Below, in pieces: positions 17,818-26,196 of a DNA stretch of 34,323 nucleotides. Each line of letters starts with the position of its first letter. Positions within the stretch are counted from its first letter, which is position 1. The DNA is from an uncultured Erysipelotrichaceae bacterium (GTDB lineage Bacteria > Bacillota_I > Bacilli_A > RF39 > UBA660). A model generated the notes under the pieces. The model was not told the DNA's origin and did not search any database. It worked only from the letters and a program-made list of their open reading frames with translations. The DNA is taken from positions 1 through 34,323 of the forward strand of contig CACZQJ010000072.1 of the NCBI GenBank assembly GCA_902783265.1, written 5' to 3'. Made by a program: the position numbers and the translations under genes.

Positions 17818-18592
17818 TATGTACCTCCACTTGTGGGTATGGGATTGTAAGGTTTTGCTTTCTAAATTCTCTTATGATTTCCTCTAAAAAGGCTCTTTTA
17901 AATGTGTAATTGTAGGTTGGTTTGGTTGTGGCAACTACTCTAATATTTACTGAACTGTCTGATAAATCTTCAACTCCTAAAATTTCAATTTCTCCAGTTA
18001 CATATTCTTCATTTTGCATTTTTTCACAAACTGTTTTTATAGCTGATTTTACTTTGTCAATGTCATTTTCATATGACGTAGGTACATCAACAACACTTTT
18101 TGATGCTTTTAGACTGTAGTTTATAACCTCTGTTATATTTCTATTAGCAATTATTTTAACTTCTCCAGAATAAGCTCTTATTTTAGTCGTTTTAAGGCCT
18201 AGGGAAATAACATCTCCTCTAAAATCACCAATTTTTATATTGTCCCCCACTTGAAATTGATCTTCGGTCAAAATTGCGGTTCCAGCAATAATATCTTTTA
18301 GTAAGTCTTGAAGGGCTAAACCAACAATAACGCCAACTACCCCTAGTGATGTTAACAATGCTTTTGTGTCTACTCCCCAAACGTCTAATATCATTAAAAT
18401 TGCAACAATATAAAGTAAATATTTTAAAACGTTGGTAGTTACTGTTATTGTGGTTAACGCTTTTTTATCAGATTTTCTTTTAGCTTTTTTTAATAACGTA
18501 TTTGTCACAATATTTTTTACTGTCATATATACAGCTGTGACTAGTAGAATTATTATTACTGTACCTAACAATTGTTTTTGAATTTCGCTCAT
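17807..18592 (-). CDS. Small-conductance mechanosensitive channel (MscS family)
   Basis: Three TM segments are followed by GVVGVIVGLALQDLLKDIIAGTAILTEDQFQVGDNIKIGDFRGDVISLGLKTTKIR, the MscS pore helix and beta-domain signature. Confidence 0.85.
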   Translation of the reverse strand: MSEIQKQLLGTVIIILLVTAVYMTVKNIVTNTLLKKAKRKSDKKALTTITVTTNVLKYLLYIVAILMILDVWGVDTKALLTSLGVVGVIVGLALQDLLKDIIAGTAILTEDQFQVGDNIKIGDFRGDVISLGLKTTKIRAYSGEVKIIANRNITEVINYSLKASKSVVDVPTSYENDIDKVKSAIKTVCEKMQNEEYVTGEIEILGVEDLSDSSVNIRVVATTKPTYNYTFKRAFLEEIIREFRKQNLTIPYPQVEVHNEK

Positions 18593-18596
18593 GGTA

Positions 18597-19466
18597 TTAC
18601 TCCTTAATATTAATAATTTCCAGGATTCTATTTAAATCTGCGGTATTAGTAAATGATATTTCTATTTTCTTATCTTTTATTTTTACTTTTGTATCTAGTC
18701 TTTCTCTTAATAAATCTTGAACATATTCATATTCATTGAATCTTTTATGTGATTTGATGCTGTGTTTTTTATCTGAGCTTTTTTCTTCAGTTGTCCTTAC
18801 TGATAGTTTTTCATCAGATATTTCTTTAGCCATTTTTATAATTTCTTCTTCGTCTTCTAGTTTGCTTAAAGCTCTAGCATGCCCCATTGTTAGTTTTTTA
18901 TTTTGAATCATTTCTTGTACTTCTTTTGGAAGTCTAAGAAGCCCTAACATGTTAGTTATGTGGCTTCGGCTTTTACTTACTTTTTTAGCTAATGCTTCTT
19001 GGGTTAAGTTTAACTTGTCAATTAAACTTTTATACGCCATAGCTTCTTCTAGTGCGGTTAAATTTTCTCTTTGTAAGTTTTCAAGTAGGGCAATTTCGGC
19101 CATTTTTTCATCGCTAAGTTGTCTAATAATTGCTGGGATGGTTTCTTTTCCAGCTATTTTGCTTGCTTTTAGCCTTCTTTCCCCGGCAATTACATCGTAG
19201 CCTTTAATACTCTTTTTGACTATTATTGGTTCAATTACGCCGTTTTCTTTGATTGATTCTGCAAGTTCATTTAAGGCGTCTTCATCAAAAACTGTTCGTG
19301 GCTGATAGGGGTTTGGTCTTAGCTCACTAACATTTAGTTCAACTATTTCTTCAGTTTTCATTTCTTTATACAGTGTTTTTTCAAAATCACTTACGTTTTC
19401 AACGCTTAAGTTATCTAAATCAAATAATTGTTCTAATCCTTTACCTAAAGCTCTTCTACTTTCCAT
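18597..19466 (-). CDS. parB: Chromosome partitioning protein ParB/Spo0J
   Basis: ALGKGLEQL, LRPNPYQPRTVFDEDALNELAESIKENGVIEPIIV and IAGERRLKASK (ParB box), plus an HTH. I prefer the ATG at 19466, which overlaps the parA 3' end by 11 nt. Confidence 0.92.
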   Translation of the reverse strand: MESRRALGKGLEQLFDLDNLSVENVSDFEKTLYKEMKTEEIVELNVSELRPNPYQPRTVFDEDALNELAESIKENGVIEPIIVKKSIKGYDVIAGERRLKASKIAGKETIPAIIRQLSDEKMAEIALLENLQRENLTALEEAMAYKSLIDKLNLTQEALAKKVSKSRSHITNMLGLLRLPKEVQEMIQNKKLTMGHARALSKLEDEEEIIKMAKEISDEKLSVRTTEEKSSDKKHSIKSHKRFNEYEYVQDLLRERLDTKVKIKDKKIEISFTNTADLNRILEIINIKE

Positions 19467-20241
19467 TTCTAGCAATCACCTCTTTCGCTAAATTTATATA
19501 TGCTAACGCGCCTCTACTTTTAGGGTCGTATGCAATTATTGGCTTTCCGTGGCTTGGAGCTTCTGATAGCCTAACAAGTCTTGGAATAATCGTATCATAT
19601 ACTCTTTCTTTAAAGTAACTTTTTATATCTTGAACTACTTCTAATCCTAGATTTGTTCTATTATCTAGCATTGTAAGAAGTACTCCCTCAATATCTAAAG
19701 ATGGATTTAAAGTTTTTTGAGCAAGCATAATTGAATTTAAAAGTTGCATTATCCCTTCTAAAGCAAAAAACTCACATTGAACTGGTATTATTACAGAGTT
19801 GGCCGCACATAAAGCGTTTGTTGTAAGTAATCCTAGTGAAGGCGGACAATCAATGATAATGTAATCAAACATTTCTTCAGCTATTTCTAGTTTGTTTTTT
19901 AACTGCCTGCTTTTGGAAAATTCTGGATTCAATTTGCTTTGCTCCATAAGTTCTATATCGGCTCCAGCTAAACTTATGGTAGCAGGAATTATATACAAGT
20001 TTTTAAATTTAGTCTTTTTAACAACTTCTTTTAACTCTGCGCTTCCTACTAGCAAGTCATATATACTTTTTTTAATATCTCCTTTGTCGATTCCTAATCC
20101 GGTTGTACTATTTCCTTGTGGATCTAAATCTATTAACATTACTCGTTTTCCAAGGTAACCTAAAGAGGCTGCTAAATTGATACTGGACGTTGTTTTACCA
20201 ACTCCACCTTTTTGATTAACTAACGCGATTATCTTTCCCAT
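19456..20241 (-). CDS. parA: Chromosome partitioning ATPase ParA/Soj
   Basis: The deviant Walker A reads IIALVNQKGGVGKTTSSINLAASL. DLDPQGNST and IIIDCPPSLG are also present. Confidence 0.93.
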   Translation of the reverse strand: MGKIIALVNQKGGVGKTTSSINLAASLGYLGKRVMLIDLDPQGNSTTGLGIDKGDIKKSIYDLLVGSAELKEVVKKTKFKNLYIIPATISLAGADIELMEQSKLNPEFSKSRQLKNKLEIAEEMFDYIIIDCPPSLGLLTTNALCAANSVIIPVQCEFFALEGIMQLLNSIMLAQKTLNPSLDIEGVLLTMLDNRTNLGLEVVQDIKSYFKERVYDTIIPRLVRLSEAPSHGKPIIAYDPKSRGALAYINLAKEVIARNGK

Positions 20242-20324
20242 TTTACCACCATTTTCATTTTTCTAGCTATATTCATTTTATCACAATCATAAATATAAAT
20301 CTATGAATTTTGTTTAAGTTATTT

Positions 20325-20357
20325 AAAAAAGACTTATTTTATTTAATAAGTCTTTTT
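20325..20357 (-). terminator. Intrinsic terminator overlapping the stop codon of the HA-repeat gene
   Basis: Stem AAAGACTTATT/AATAAGTCTTT has the stop codon in its loop. A plus-strand A-run gives a U-run on the transcript. Confidence 0.65.
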
Positions 20358-22054
20358 GATAAAGTTTTTTCCTGTTTTATTGTTTGTTTTACTTCTTCAG
20401 ATTTTTCTTCACTGTAAAAATTATATATTAAATCTTCTATACTAATATTTAAATTTTTCTTTAATTCGCTGTCTGTCATGTAAATAATTGGATTTGGTTT
20501 ATTATCTATTATTAGTGGCAATCCCATTATTCTTAATAGGTTTATTTTTGCTACTAATTCTCTATATGTCTCACCTTTATCTATTTCAACATTTTTGAAT
20601 TTTTCGTTTTTAGCCCTTGCCGGCATTTTTCTCCAAATCATTTCTATATTGTTTAGCAACTTTATTTGCTCATCAGTTAATATTCCGTTTTTGTAATTAT
20701 ATCTTTGTTTTTTTATCCAAGCTCCAAGTTTTTCCCCTTCTTCATCATGTTCATATCCGTTTTTAGTTTTAAATTTTGTTTTTATGTCAAGGTTGTGATG
20801 ATGGTTATAATATTTCTCAGCTAATGAATAAAATTTAGTCCAGGTGTTTCCACGTGATTTAGGTACATCCCAAATCATGTTAATTTCATTTAATAAGCTT
20901 ATCTGCTCTTCACTGAGTTTTCTTCTTTTATTGTGTTTATATGCTTGCCTTTGCTGGCTTAACCAATTATATATGTTTAAACCTGCTTCATCGTATGTTT
21001 TTCCGTCTTTTGTTCTAAAGGTTGGTGTGACTTCTAGATTTCCGTGTATCATATAATATTTTTTTGCTATTTCATAATTGTGGTACCATTTGTAGTCATA
21101 TATATTCCAAATCATCCCTATTTTTTCAAGCTTTTCTTGTTTTTGCCTTGATAATGGTTCAACTGTTTTTGCATATGTGGGATTCGTTATGGCTTTAAAT
21201 GATCTTCTCTGGCTTTGAATCCATTTACCTAATTTGTATCCTTTTTTGTCATAAACTACACCATCTTTTGTTCTAAAGCCAATTGGTATATCTAATTTTT
21301 TGTAATGGTAATAATACTTCTGAGCAAGGTTATACATTTCGTTCCAGTATTTATCATAGTCTATACTGGCATCCCAAATCATTCCTATGTCATTTAATAG
21401 ATAGATTTGTCTTGAGCTTAATGTCTGCTGTCTTCTATTTTCATCCTTATAAGAATTATATATTTGTCTTTGATTTCCTATCCATATACCTAACTTTATA
21501 CCTTCTGCGTCGTAAGTGAATCCATCTTTTGTCTTAAAATGGATTGGTATTTTTAAATTTTTATGTTTTTCATAGTATTTTGCGGCAAGTTCGTACATTT
21601 TTTGCCATGCATCTTTATTGACTTCCCAAATCATTCCTATTTTATTTAATTTTTCTATTCTTTCTTTAGATATTTTATTTTTCTTATATGTTTTTCGCTG
21701 TTCAAAAATCCATAATCCTAGTCTTAATCCGTCTTGGTCATATTCATATCCATTTTTTGTAATAAAATTTTTACTTATTTTCAAATTGTGATAGTATCTA
21801 TAATAATTTTCGGCTAGGCTATACATTTCATCCCATGTTTGTTTTTCAACTTTCCAAATCATTCCTATAGAGTTTAACATTTCTATTTGCTGGTGACTTA
21901 GTTTCCCATTTTTGTATTTTTTTCTTTGATTGCTTATCCACATGCCAAGTTTTATTCCTTCTTCAGTTACATATTTGATCTTTATTTCTAAGTCTTTGTG
22001 CTGCCAATAATACTTTTGAGCAAATTCATACATTTTAAGCCAATTATCATGCAT
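20339..22054 (-). CDS. Protein composed of six tandem helicase-associated (HA, PF03457-like) repeats plus a 95-aa unique C-terminal tail
   Basis: Six repeats of about 70-85 aa match W..MY.LA..YY..H.NL.I...F.TK.G..YD..G.KLG.WI..QR..YK......LS..QI..LN.IGMIW. The gene has SD GGCGGGG and its own terminator. Confidence 0.75.
   Translation of the reverse strand: MHDNWLKMYEFAQKYYWQHKDLEIKIKYVTEEGIKLGMWISNQRKKYKNGKLSHQQIEMLNSIGMIWKVEKQTWDEMYSLAENYYRYYHNLKISKNFITKNGYEYDQDGLRLGLWIFEQRKTYKKNKISKERIEKLNKIGMIWEVNKDAWQKMYELAAKYYEKHKNLKIPIHFKTKDGFTYDAEGIKLGIWIGNQRQIYNSYKDENRRQQTLSSRQIYLLNDIGMIWDASIDYDKYWNEMYNLAQKYYYHYKKLDIPIGFRTKDGVVYDKKGYKLGKWIQSQRRSFKAITNPTYAKTVEPLSRQKQEKLEKIGMIWNIYDYKWYHNYEIAKKYYMIHGNLEVTPTFRTKDGKTYDEAGLNIYNWLSQQRQAYKHNKRRKLSEEQISLLNEINMIWDVPKSRGNTWTKFYSLAEKYYNHHHNLDIKTKFKTKNGYEHDEEGEKLGAWIKKQRYNYKNGILTDEQIKLLNNIEMIWRKMPARAKNEKFKNVEIDKGETYRELVAKINLLRIMGLPLIIDNKPNPIIYMTDSELKKNLNISIEDLIYNFYSEEKSEEVKQTIKQEKTLSKRLIK
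20633..22042 (-). repeat. Six diverged in-frame coding repeats (about 220-260 nt each) encoding HA-like modules
   Basis: Protein-level periodicity has W-x2-MY starts at aa 5, 74, 150, 237, 323 and 405. The repeats are clearly diverged at the DNA level. Confidence 0.7.
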
Positions 22055-22078
22055 ATAATCCCCGCCTTTTGATGGATT

Positions 22079-22087
22079 ATTATAACA
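22079..22087 (-). promoter_or_regulatory. Extended -10 element (TGTTATAAT) upstream of the HA-repeat gene
   Basis: It was read on the minus strand about 25 nt upstream of the ATG. The -35 match is weak (TTTGTT) and lies inside the ftsH terminator. Confidence 0.35.
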
Positions 22088-22094
22088 CTCTTTT

Positions 22095-22123
22095 AAAAAA
22101 AAACAAAGAAATTATTCTTTGTT
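22095..22123 (-). terminator. Intrinsic terminator overlapping the ftsH stop codon
   Basis: Stem AACAAAGAA-ATTA-TTCTTTGTT; a 9-nt plus-strand A-run gives a U-tract on the transcript. Confidence 0.65.
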
Positions 22124-24121
22124 CATTTTTTGTTTTAGTTTTTCAACTAACTCTTCTTTAGTTAATTTTTCATAACCTTTTATTTTTTCATCTTTAGCTA
22201 TATCTTGTAAGTCTTCTATGGTTAGATCTTCTAGTTTAGCTTCTTTAATGTTTGGGTTATCATTTATTTTTTCTTCTTCTGGCATTTTTCCATGTTTTAC
22301 TAAATAATCGATTTGTTCTTTAGTAATTGTTTCATATTCTAATAAAGTTTCCGCAATTAATTTTAATAAATCCATGTTCTCTTTGATGATTTTTTCGGTT
22401 ACTTTATATTGCTTATTTATTATTTTACTTACTTCTTCGTCAATTTGTTTAGCTACTTCATGTGAGAAGTTTTGAGCTTTATTATAGTCTCTTCCTAAGA
22501 AAACGTTTGATTGTCTTTCTTCAAATTGAATTGGCCCTAAATCACTCATTCCGTATTCGGTTACCATTGCTCTTGCAATTCTTGTAGCTTTTTCAAAGTC
22601 ATTTGATGCTCCAGTTGTTACTTCATTAAACATAACCTCTTCAGCTACTCTACCTGCTAAAAGTCCACTGATTGTTTGAAGAAGTTCATTTTTAGTTGAT
22701 AGATATGTTTCTTCTTTTGGAAGCATTAGATTATATCCGCCTGCTTGGCCTCTTGGGATAATTGTTATCTTTTGAACATCATTTGCTCCTTCTAGTTTGA
22801 TACCGACAACGGCGTGTCCAGCTTCATGATAGGCAACTGTTTTCTTTTCTTTTTCGGTATATTTATGTGACTTTTTGGCTGGTCCCATAAGTACTCTATC
22901 ATGAGCTTCATCTATTTCAGCCATAGTAATTGCTTTTTTATTTCTTCTTACGGTAAGTAAGGCTGCTTCATTAAGTAAGTTTTCTAAATCAGCACCACTA
23001 AAACCTACGGTTCTTTTTGCTAAGTTGGCTAAAGTAATATTTGGAGCAAAAATTTTGCCTTTGGCGTGAACCCCTAATATTTCTTCCCTACCTTTAGCAT
23101 CAGGAAGATTAACTGTTACTTGTCTATCAAATCTTCCTGGTCTGAGTAGGGCTGGATCTAGGACATCTGGCCTATTGGTTGCAGCTATTATAATAATTCC
23201 TTCATTGGCACCAAATCCATCCATTTCAGTTAATAATTGGTTTAATGTTTGTTCTCTCTCATCGTGTCCTCCACCTAGACCGGTTCCTCTTTGTCTTCCG
23301 ACAGCATCTATTTCGTCTATAAATATTAGGCATGGCGCGCTTTGTTTTGCTTGTTTGAACATGTCTCTTACTCTTGATGCACCTACACCAACGAATAGTT
23401 CAACAAAGTCTGAACCACTTATAAAGTAAAATGGAACGTTGGCTTCACCAGCAACAGCTCTTGCAAGTAAGGTTTTACCAGTTCCTGGAGGCCCTACTAA
23501 AAGTACTCCTTTAGGAATTCTAGCTCCCATTTTTTGGAATTTTTTAGGAGCTTTTAAGAAGTCTATTAATTCTTCTAGTTCTTCTTTTTCCTCATCTAGA
23601 CCGGCAACATCTTTAAAAGTTACTTTATTTTCGCCATTTGAAAGTCTGGCTTTTGATCTGCCAAAATCCATTGATCTATTACCGTCCATTTGTTTTCCAA
23701 ATACTTTGTTAATCGCATATAAGGTTACTCCTATAAGGATTATTGTTGGTAAATAATTTATGACAAAAATTAGTAATGGACTTGCACTGGCATCTGCTGC
23801 TGTCTTGACCGTAAAATTTGCTTCTTTTTCAGCTTCCAATATTTTAACCATTGTTTCGTCTGTAAGTGGCATACTGAAAGTGAATGTTTCGTTACTTTTA
23901 TAGTCTTTTAACTTCCCTGATATCGTATATATACTAGCATTGGCGTGAGGGGTTACTGTTATTTCTTTTACTTCTCCAGATTCTACTTCTTTCATGAATT
24001 TACTATAGTTAAGCTCATGTACTTCTGTGTTCATAGTATTTACTAAGGTCATTATTACTAAGAAAAACACAAGTAGAAAAGCATAAGGTATTAATCCTCT
24101 TTTTATAACTTTTTTATTCAT
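22112..24121 (-). CDS. ftsH: ATP-dependent zinc metalloprotease FtsH
   Basis: Two N-terminal TM segments, AAA+ Walker A GPPGTGKTLLARAVAGEA, Walker B IIFIDEID, the SRH, and the HEAGH zinc motif. Confidence 0.96.
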   Translation of the reverse strand: MNKKVIKRGLIPYAFLLVFFLVIMTLVNTMNTEVHELNYSKFMKEVESGEVKEITVTPHANASIYTISGKLKDYKSNETFTFSMPLTDETMVKILEAEKEANFTVKTAADASASPLLIFVINYLPTIILIGVTLYAINKVFGKQMDGNRSMDFGRSKARLSNGENKVTFKDVAGLDEEKEELEELIDFLKAPKKFQKMGARIPKGVLLVGPPGTGKTLLARAVAGEANVPFYFISGSDFVELFVGVGASRVRDMFKQAKQSAPCLIFIDEIDAVGRQRGTGLGGGHDEREQTLNQLLTEMDGFGANEGIIIIAATNRPDVLDPALLRPGRFDRQVTVNLPDAKGREEILGVHAKGKIFAPNITLANLAKRTVGFSGADLENLLNEAALLTVRRNKKAITMAEIDEAHDRVLMGPAKKSHKYTEKEKKTVAYHEAGHAVVGIKLEGANDVQKITIIPRGQAGGYNLMLPKEETYLSTKNELLQTISGLLAGRVAEEVMFNEVTTGASNDFEKATRIARAMVTEYGMSDLGPIQFEERQSNVFLGRDYNKAQNFSHEVAKQIDEEVSKIINKQYKVTEKIIKENMDLLKLIAETLLEYETITKEQIDYLVKHGKMPEEEKINDNPNIKEAKLEDLTIEDLQDIAKDEKIKGYEKLTKEELVEKLKQKMNKE

Positions 24122-24134
24122 AAAAACTTCCTTT

Positions 24135-25445
24135 CTAAAAATACTTAATTATTATATCATAGTTTTGTGAATTTGAAGTGTCAAATTTACTTTTTTTAAG
24201 ACCTGGTATCCATAAGATATTATTTTGATTATCTGTCAGCAGTGGAAATATCTCTCTTTCTTTATTAGATATTTTTTCATTAATGAAGATGTCTTTGATT
24301 TTTTTGTGGCCGTTTAATCCTTTAATTTCAATTTTGTCACCACTTTTTCTAGTTCTTATGTGAAGTGGAAACATAATTTCGTTTGAATTTAATTTTATTA
24401 CATAATTTGATTTTTCTTTGGTATCTTCTATCTTCTTTATTATGTGTCCGTTTGGTAAAGTTAATTCATCTTTAAATATGTAGTCATATTTTTCTATTTT
24501 ACCATTTTCATATATATATGCTTTATCGTATGTTTTATTAAATATTTTATTTTGTGGTAGGTCTATTTTTAAATTTGGCTTTTTGTTCTCTAGAATTTCA
24601 ATTATGGAATTTATGTGTTTTTCTTTAATTAGATTTATGTTTTCTTTATACTCTTCTTCTAAGATATTATATATTATTTTTTGTTTTATGATTTCTTCTT
24701 TTTTATTAAATTCTTTTACATCTAATTTTTTGCTTATGTAGATTTTTTTTGTTTCTTTTTTTACTTCTTTTTCAATATATTTGTCATATAAATCTAAAGT
24801 TTCACTTAATTTTAGAAAATTTTTGTGGATATTTTTATTTTCTTTTTTTAGTGGTGGTAAGATATATTTTCTAAATCTATTTCGCGTATATGTGTCTTCC
24901 ATGTTCGTTTTATCTATGGCGTATGGAATATTTTTTTTATTTACGTAATTTAAAATTTCTTCTTTGGTTACATAGACTAGTGGTCTATATAGTTTATAAT
25001 TTTTTCTTTCATCTATCTTGCTAAATCCTTTAAATCCGTTTAGTTTTGTTCCACGGGCTATTCTCATGAGGATTGTTTCCATTAAGTCGTCGCCATGATG
25101 GGCAGTTAATAAGTATTTAGCGTTATATTTTTTTATTAGTTTTTCAAAAAAACGGTATCTTTCCTCTCGTGCATAGCTTTCGGTGTTGCCATTATATTCT
25201 TTTATTTCATAATATTCATAAGTAATATTATTACTTAAAGAGAAGTCTTTTACCATCTTGGCTTCTGCTTTACTTTCTTCTCTTAAATTATGATTTACAT
25301 GGGCACATATTATTTTTAGATTTTTGTCTCTTAAACTTAACAAAATGTTTAAAAGACACATTGAGTCTGGTCCGCCTGATGTTGCAAGGACAACAGTTTC
25401 ATTATCTTTTATTTCTCTTTTAATATCATTAATTACTTCATTCAT
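24135..25445 (-). CDS. tilS: tRNA(Ile)-lysidine synthetase TilS
   Basis: PP-loop ATSGGPDSMCLL and AHHGDDLMETILMR are present, along with the C-terminal TilS domain (RTRKSGDKI...GHKKIKDIFINEKI...R...PLL). The ATG at 25445 has SD GGGGTGA. Confidence 0.9.
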   Translation of the reverse strand: MNEVINDIKREIKDNETVVLATSGGPDSMCLLNILLSLRDKNLKIICAHVNHNLREESKAEAKMVKDFSLSNNITYEYYEIKEYNGNTESYAREERYRFFEKLIKKYNAKYLLTAHHGDDLMETILMRIARGTKLNGFKGFSKIDERKNYKLYRPLVYVTKEEILNYVNKKNIPYAIDKTNMEDTYTRNRFRKYILPPLKKENKNIHKNFLKLSETLDLYDKYIEKEVKKETKKIYISKKLDVKEFNKKEEIIKQKIIYNILEEEYKENINLIKEKHINSIIEILENKKPNLKIDLPQNKIFNKTYDKAYIYENGKIEKYDYIFKDELTLPNGHIIKKIEDTKEKSNYVIKLNSNEIMFPLHIRTRKSGDKIEIKGLNGHKKIKDIFINEKISNKEREIFPLLTDNQNNILWIPGLKKSKFDTSNSQNYDIIIKYF

Positions 25446-26103
25446 TTTCGTCACCCCATTTAACTGGAGAAATTCCATGACTTACTAAAAAATTGTTTGT
25501 TTTTGAAAACGGTCTGCTTCCGAAAAAGCCACGGTATGCGGATAGTGGTGATGGGTGTGGTGATTCTATAATATAATGGTTTTTATTTGTTATTAATGTT
25601 TTTTTGCTTCTAGCGTAACTACCCCAAAGGATAAAAACAATCGGTTTTTCTCTTTCGTTTAATAATTTTATTAAGTTATCAGTAAATGTTTCCCAGCCTT
25701 TATCTTTATGTGATAGTGGGGAGTCTTTAATGACAGTCATTATCGAGTTTAATAAAAATACTCCTTGCTTTGCCCAATCAGTTAAGTCATTATTTTCTCT
25801 TTTGATTCCTAAATCATTTTCTAATTCTTTAAATATATTATCAAGTGATGGTGGTCTTTTAACTCCTTTTTGAACGGAAAATGAAAGGCCGTGGGCTTCG
25901 TTAGGGCCATGATATGGATCTTGGCCTAAAATAACGACTTTTACGTCATCATAATCGGTGTACCTTAAAGCATTAAAAACATTTTTATATTCTGGATAGA
26001 CGGTTTTCTTTTTATATTCATCTTTAATAAAAATGCCTAAATTTTTAAAATATGGTTTTTGAACTTCTTCTTTTAAGATGATATCCCATTTTTTATTAAT
26101 CAT
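25438..26103 (-). CDS. ung: Uracil-DNA glycosylase (family 1)
   Basis: VVILGQDPYHGPNEAHGLSFSV, GVFLLN and HPSPLSA are present. The ATG at 26103 has SD AGAGGTGA. The stop TGA overlaps the tilS start (ATGAATGA). Confidence 0.93.
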   Translation of the reverse strand: MINKKWDIILKEEVQKPYFKNLGIFIKDEYKKKTVYPEYKNVFNALRYTDYDDVKVVILGQDPYHGPNEAHGLSFSVQKGVKRPPSLDNIFKELENDLGIKRENNDLTDWAKQGVFLLNSIMTVIKDSPLSHKDKGWETFTDNLIKLLNEREKPIVFILWGSYARSKKTLITNKNHYIIESPHPSPLSAYRGFFGSRPFSKTNNFLVSHGISPVKWGDENE

Positions 26104-26164
26104 AGTCCTCACCTCTTCGCCCTATATTTTAACATGTTATATAGAAAATTTCTACTATTTTGTT

Positions 26165-26193
26165 AAAAGAAAAACTGTTATAAATAACAGTTT
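26165..26193 (-). terminator. Intrinsic terminator after the acidic-protein gene
   Basis: Stem AAACTGT.../...ACAGTTT; a plus-strand A-rich run gives a U-tract on the transcript. Confidence 0.6.
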
Positions 26194-26196
26194 GTT

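Noticed and set aside
20845-20860. parS-like sequence TGTTTCCACGTGATTT inside the HA-repeat gene.
   Set aside because: Compared with TGTTNCACGTGNAACA, the left arm has an extra T and the right arm (GTGATTT) does not match GTGNAACA. It is not a palindrome, so probably not a ParB site. A mismatch-tolerant scan of the genome would still be worthwhile.
3162-26112. Longer N-terminal starts given by the ORF track for typA (3162), the nuclease (3236), DUF421 (5296), tagO (6361), mbl (8835), the DUF3592-like gene (14297), ychF (15996), parB (19475), tilS (25478) and ung (26112).
   Set aside because: In each case the upstream start is a GTG/TTG lying inside or abutting the SD, or has no SD at all. 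An internal ATG with a well-spaced GGAGG/GGTGA-type SD reproduces the conserved N-terminus of the family.
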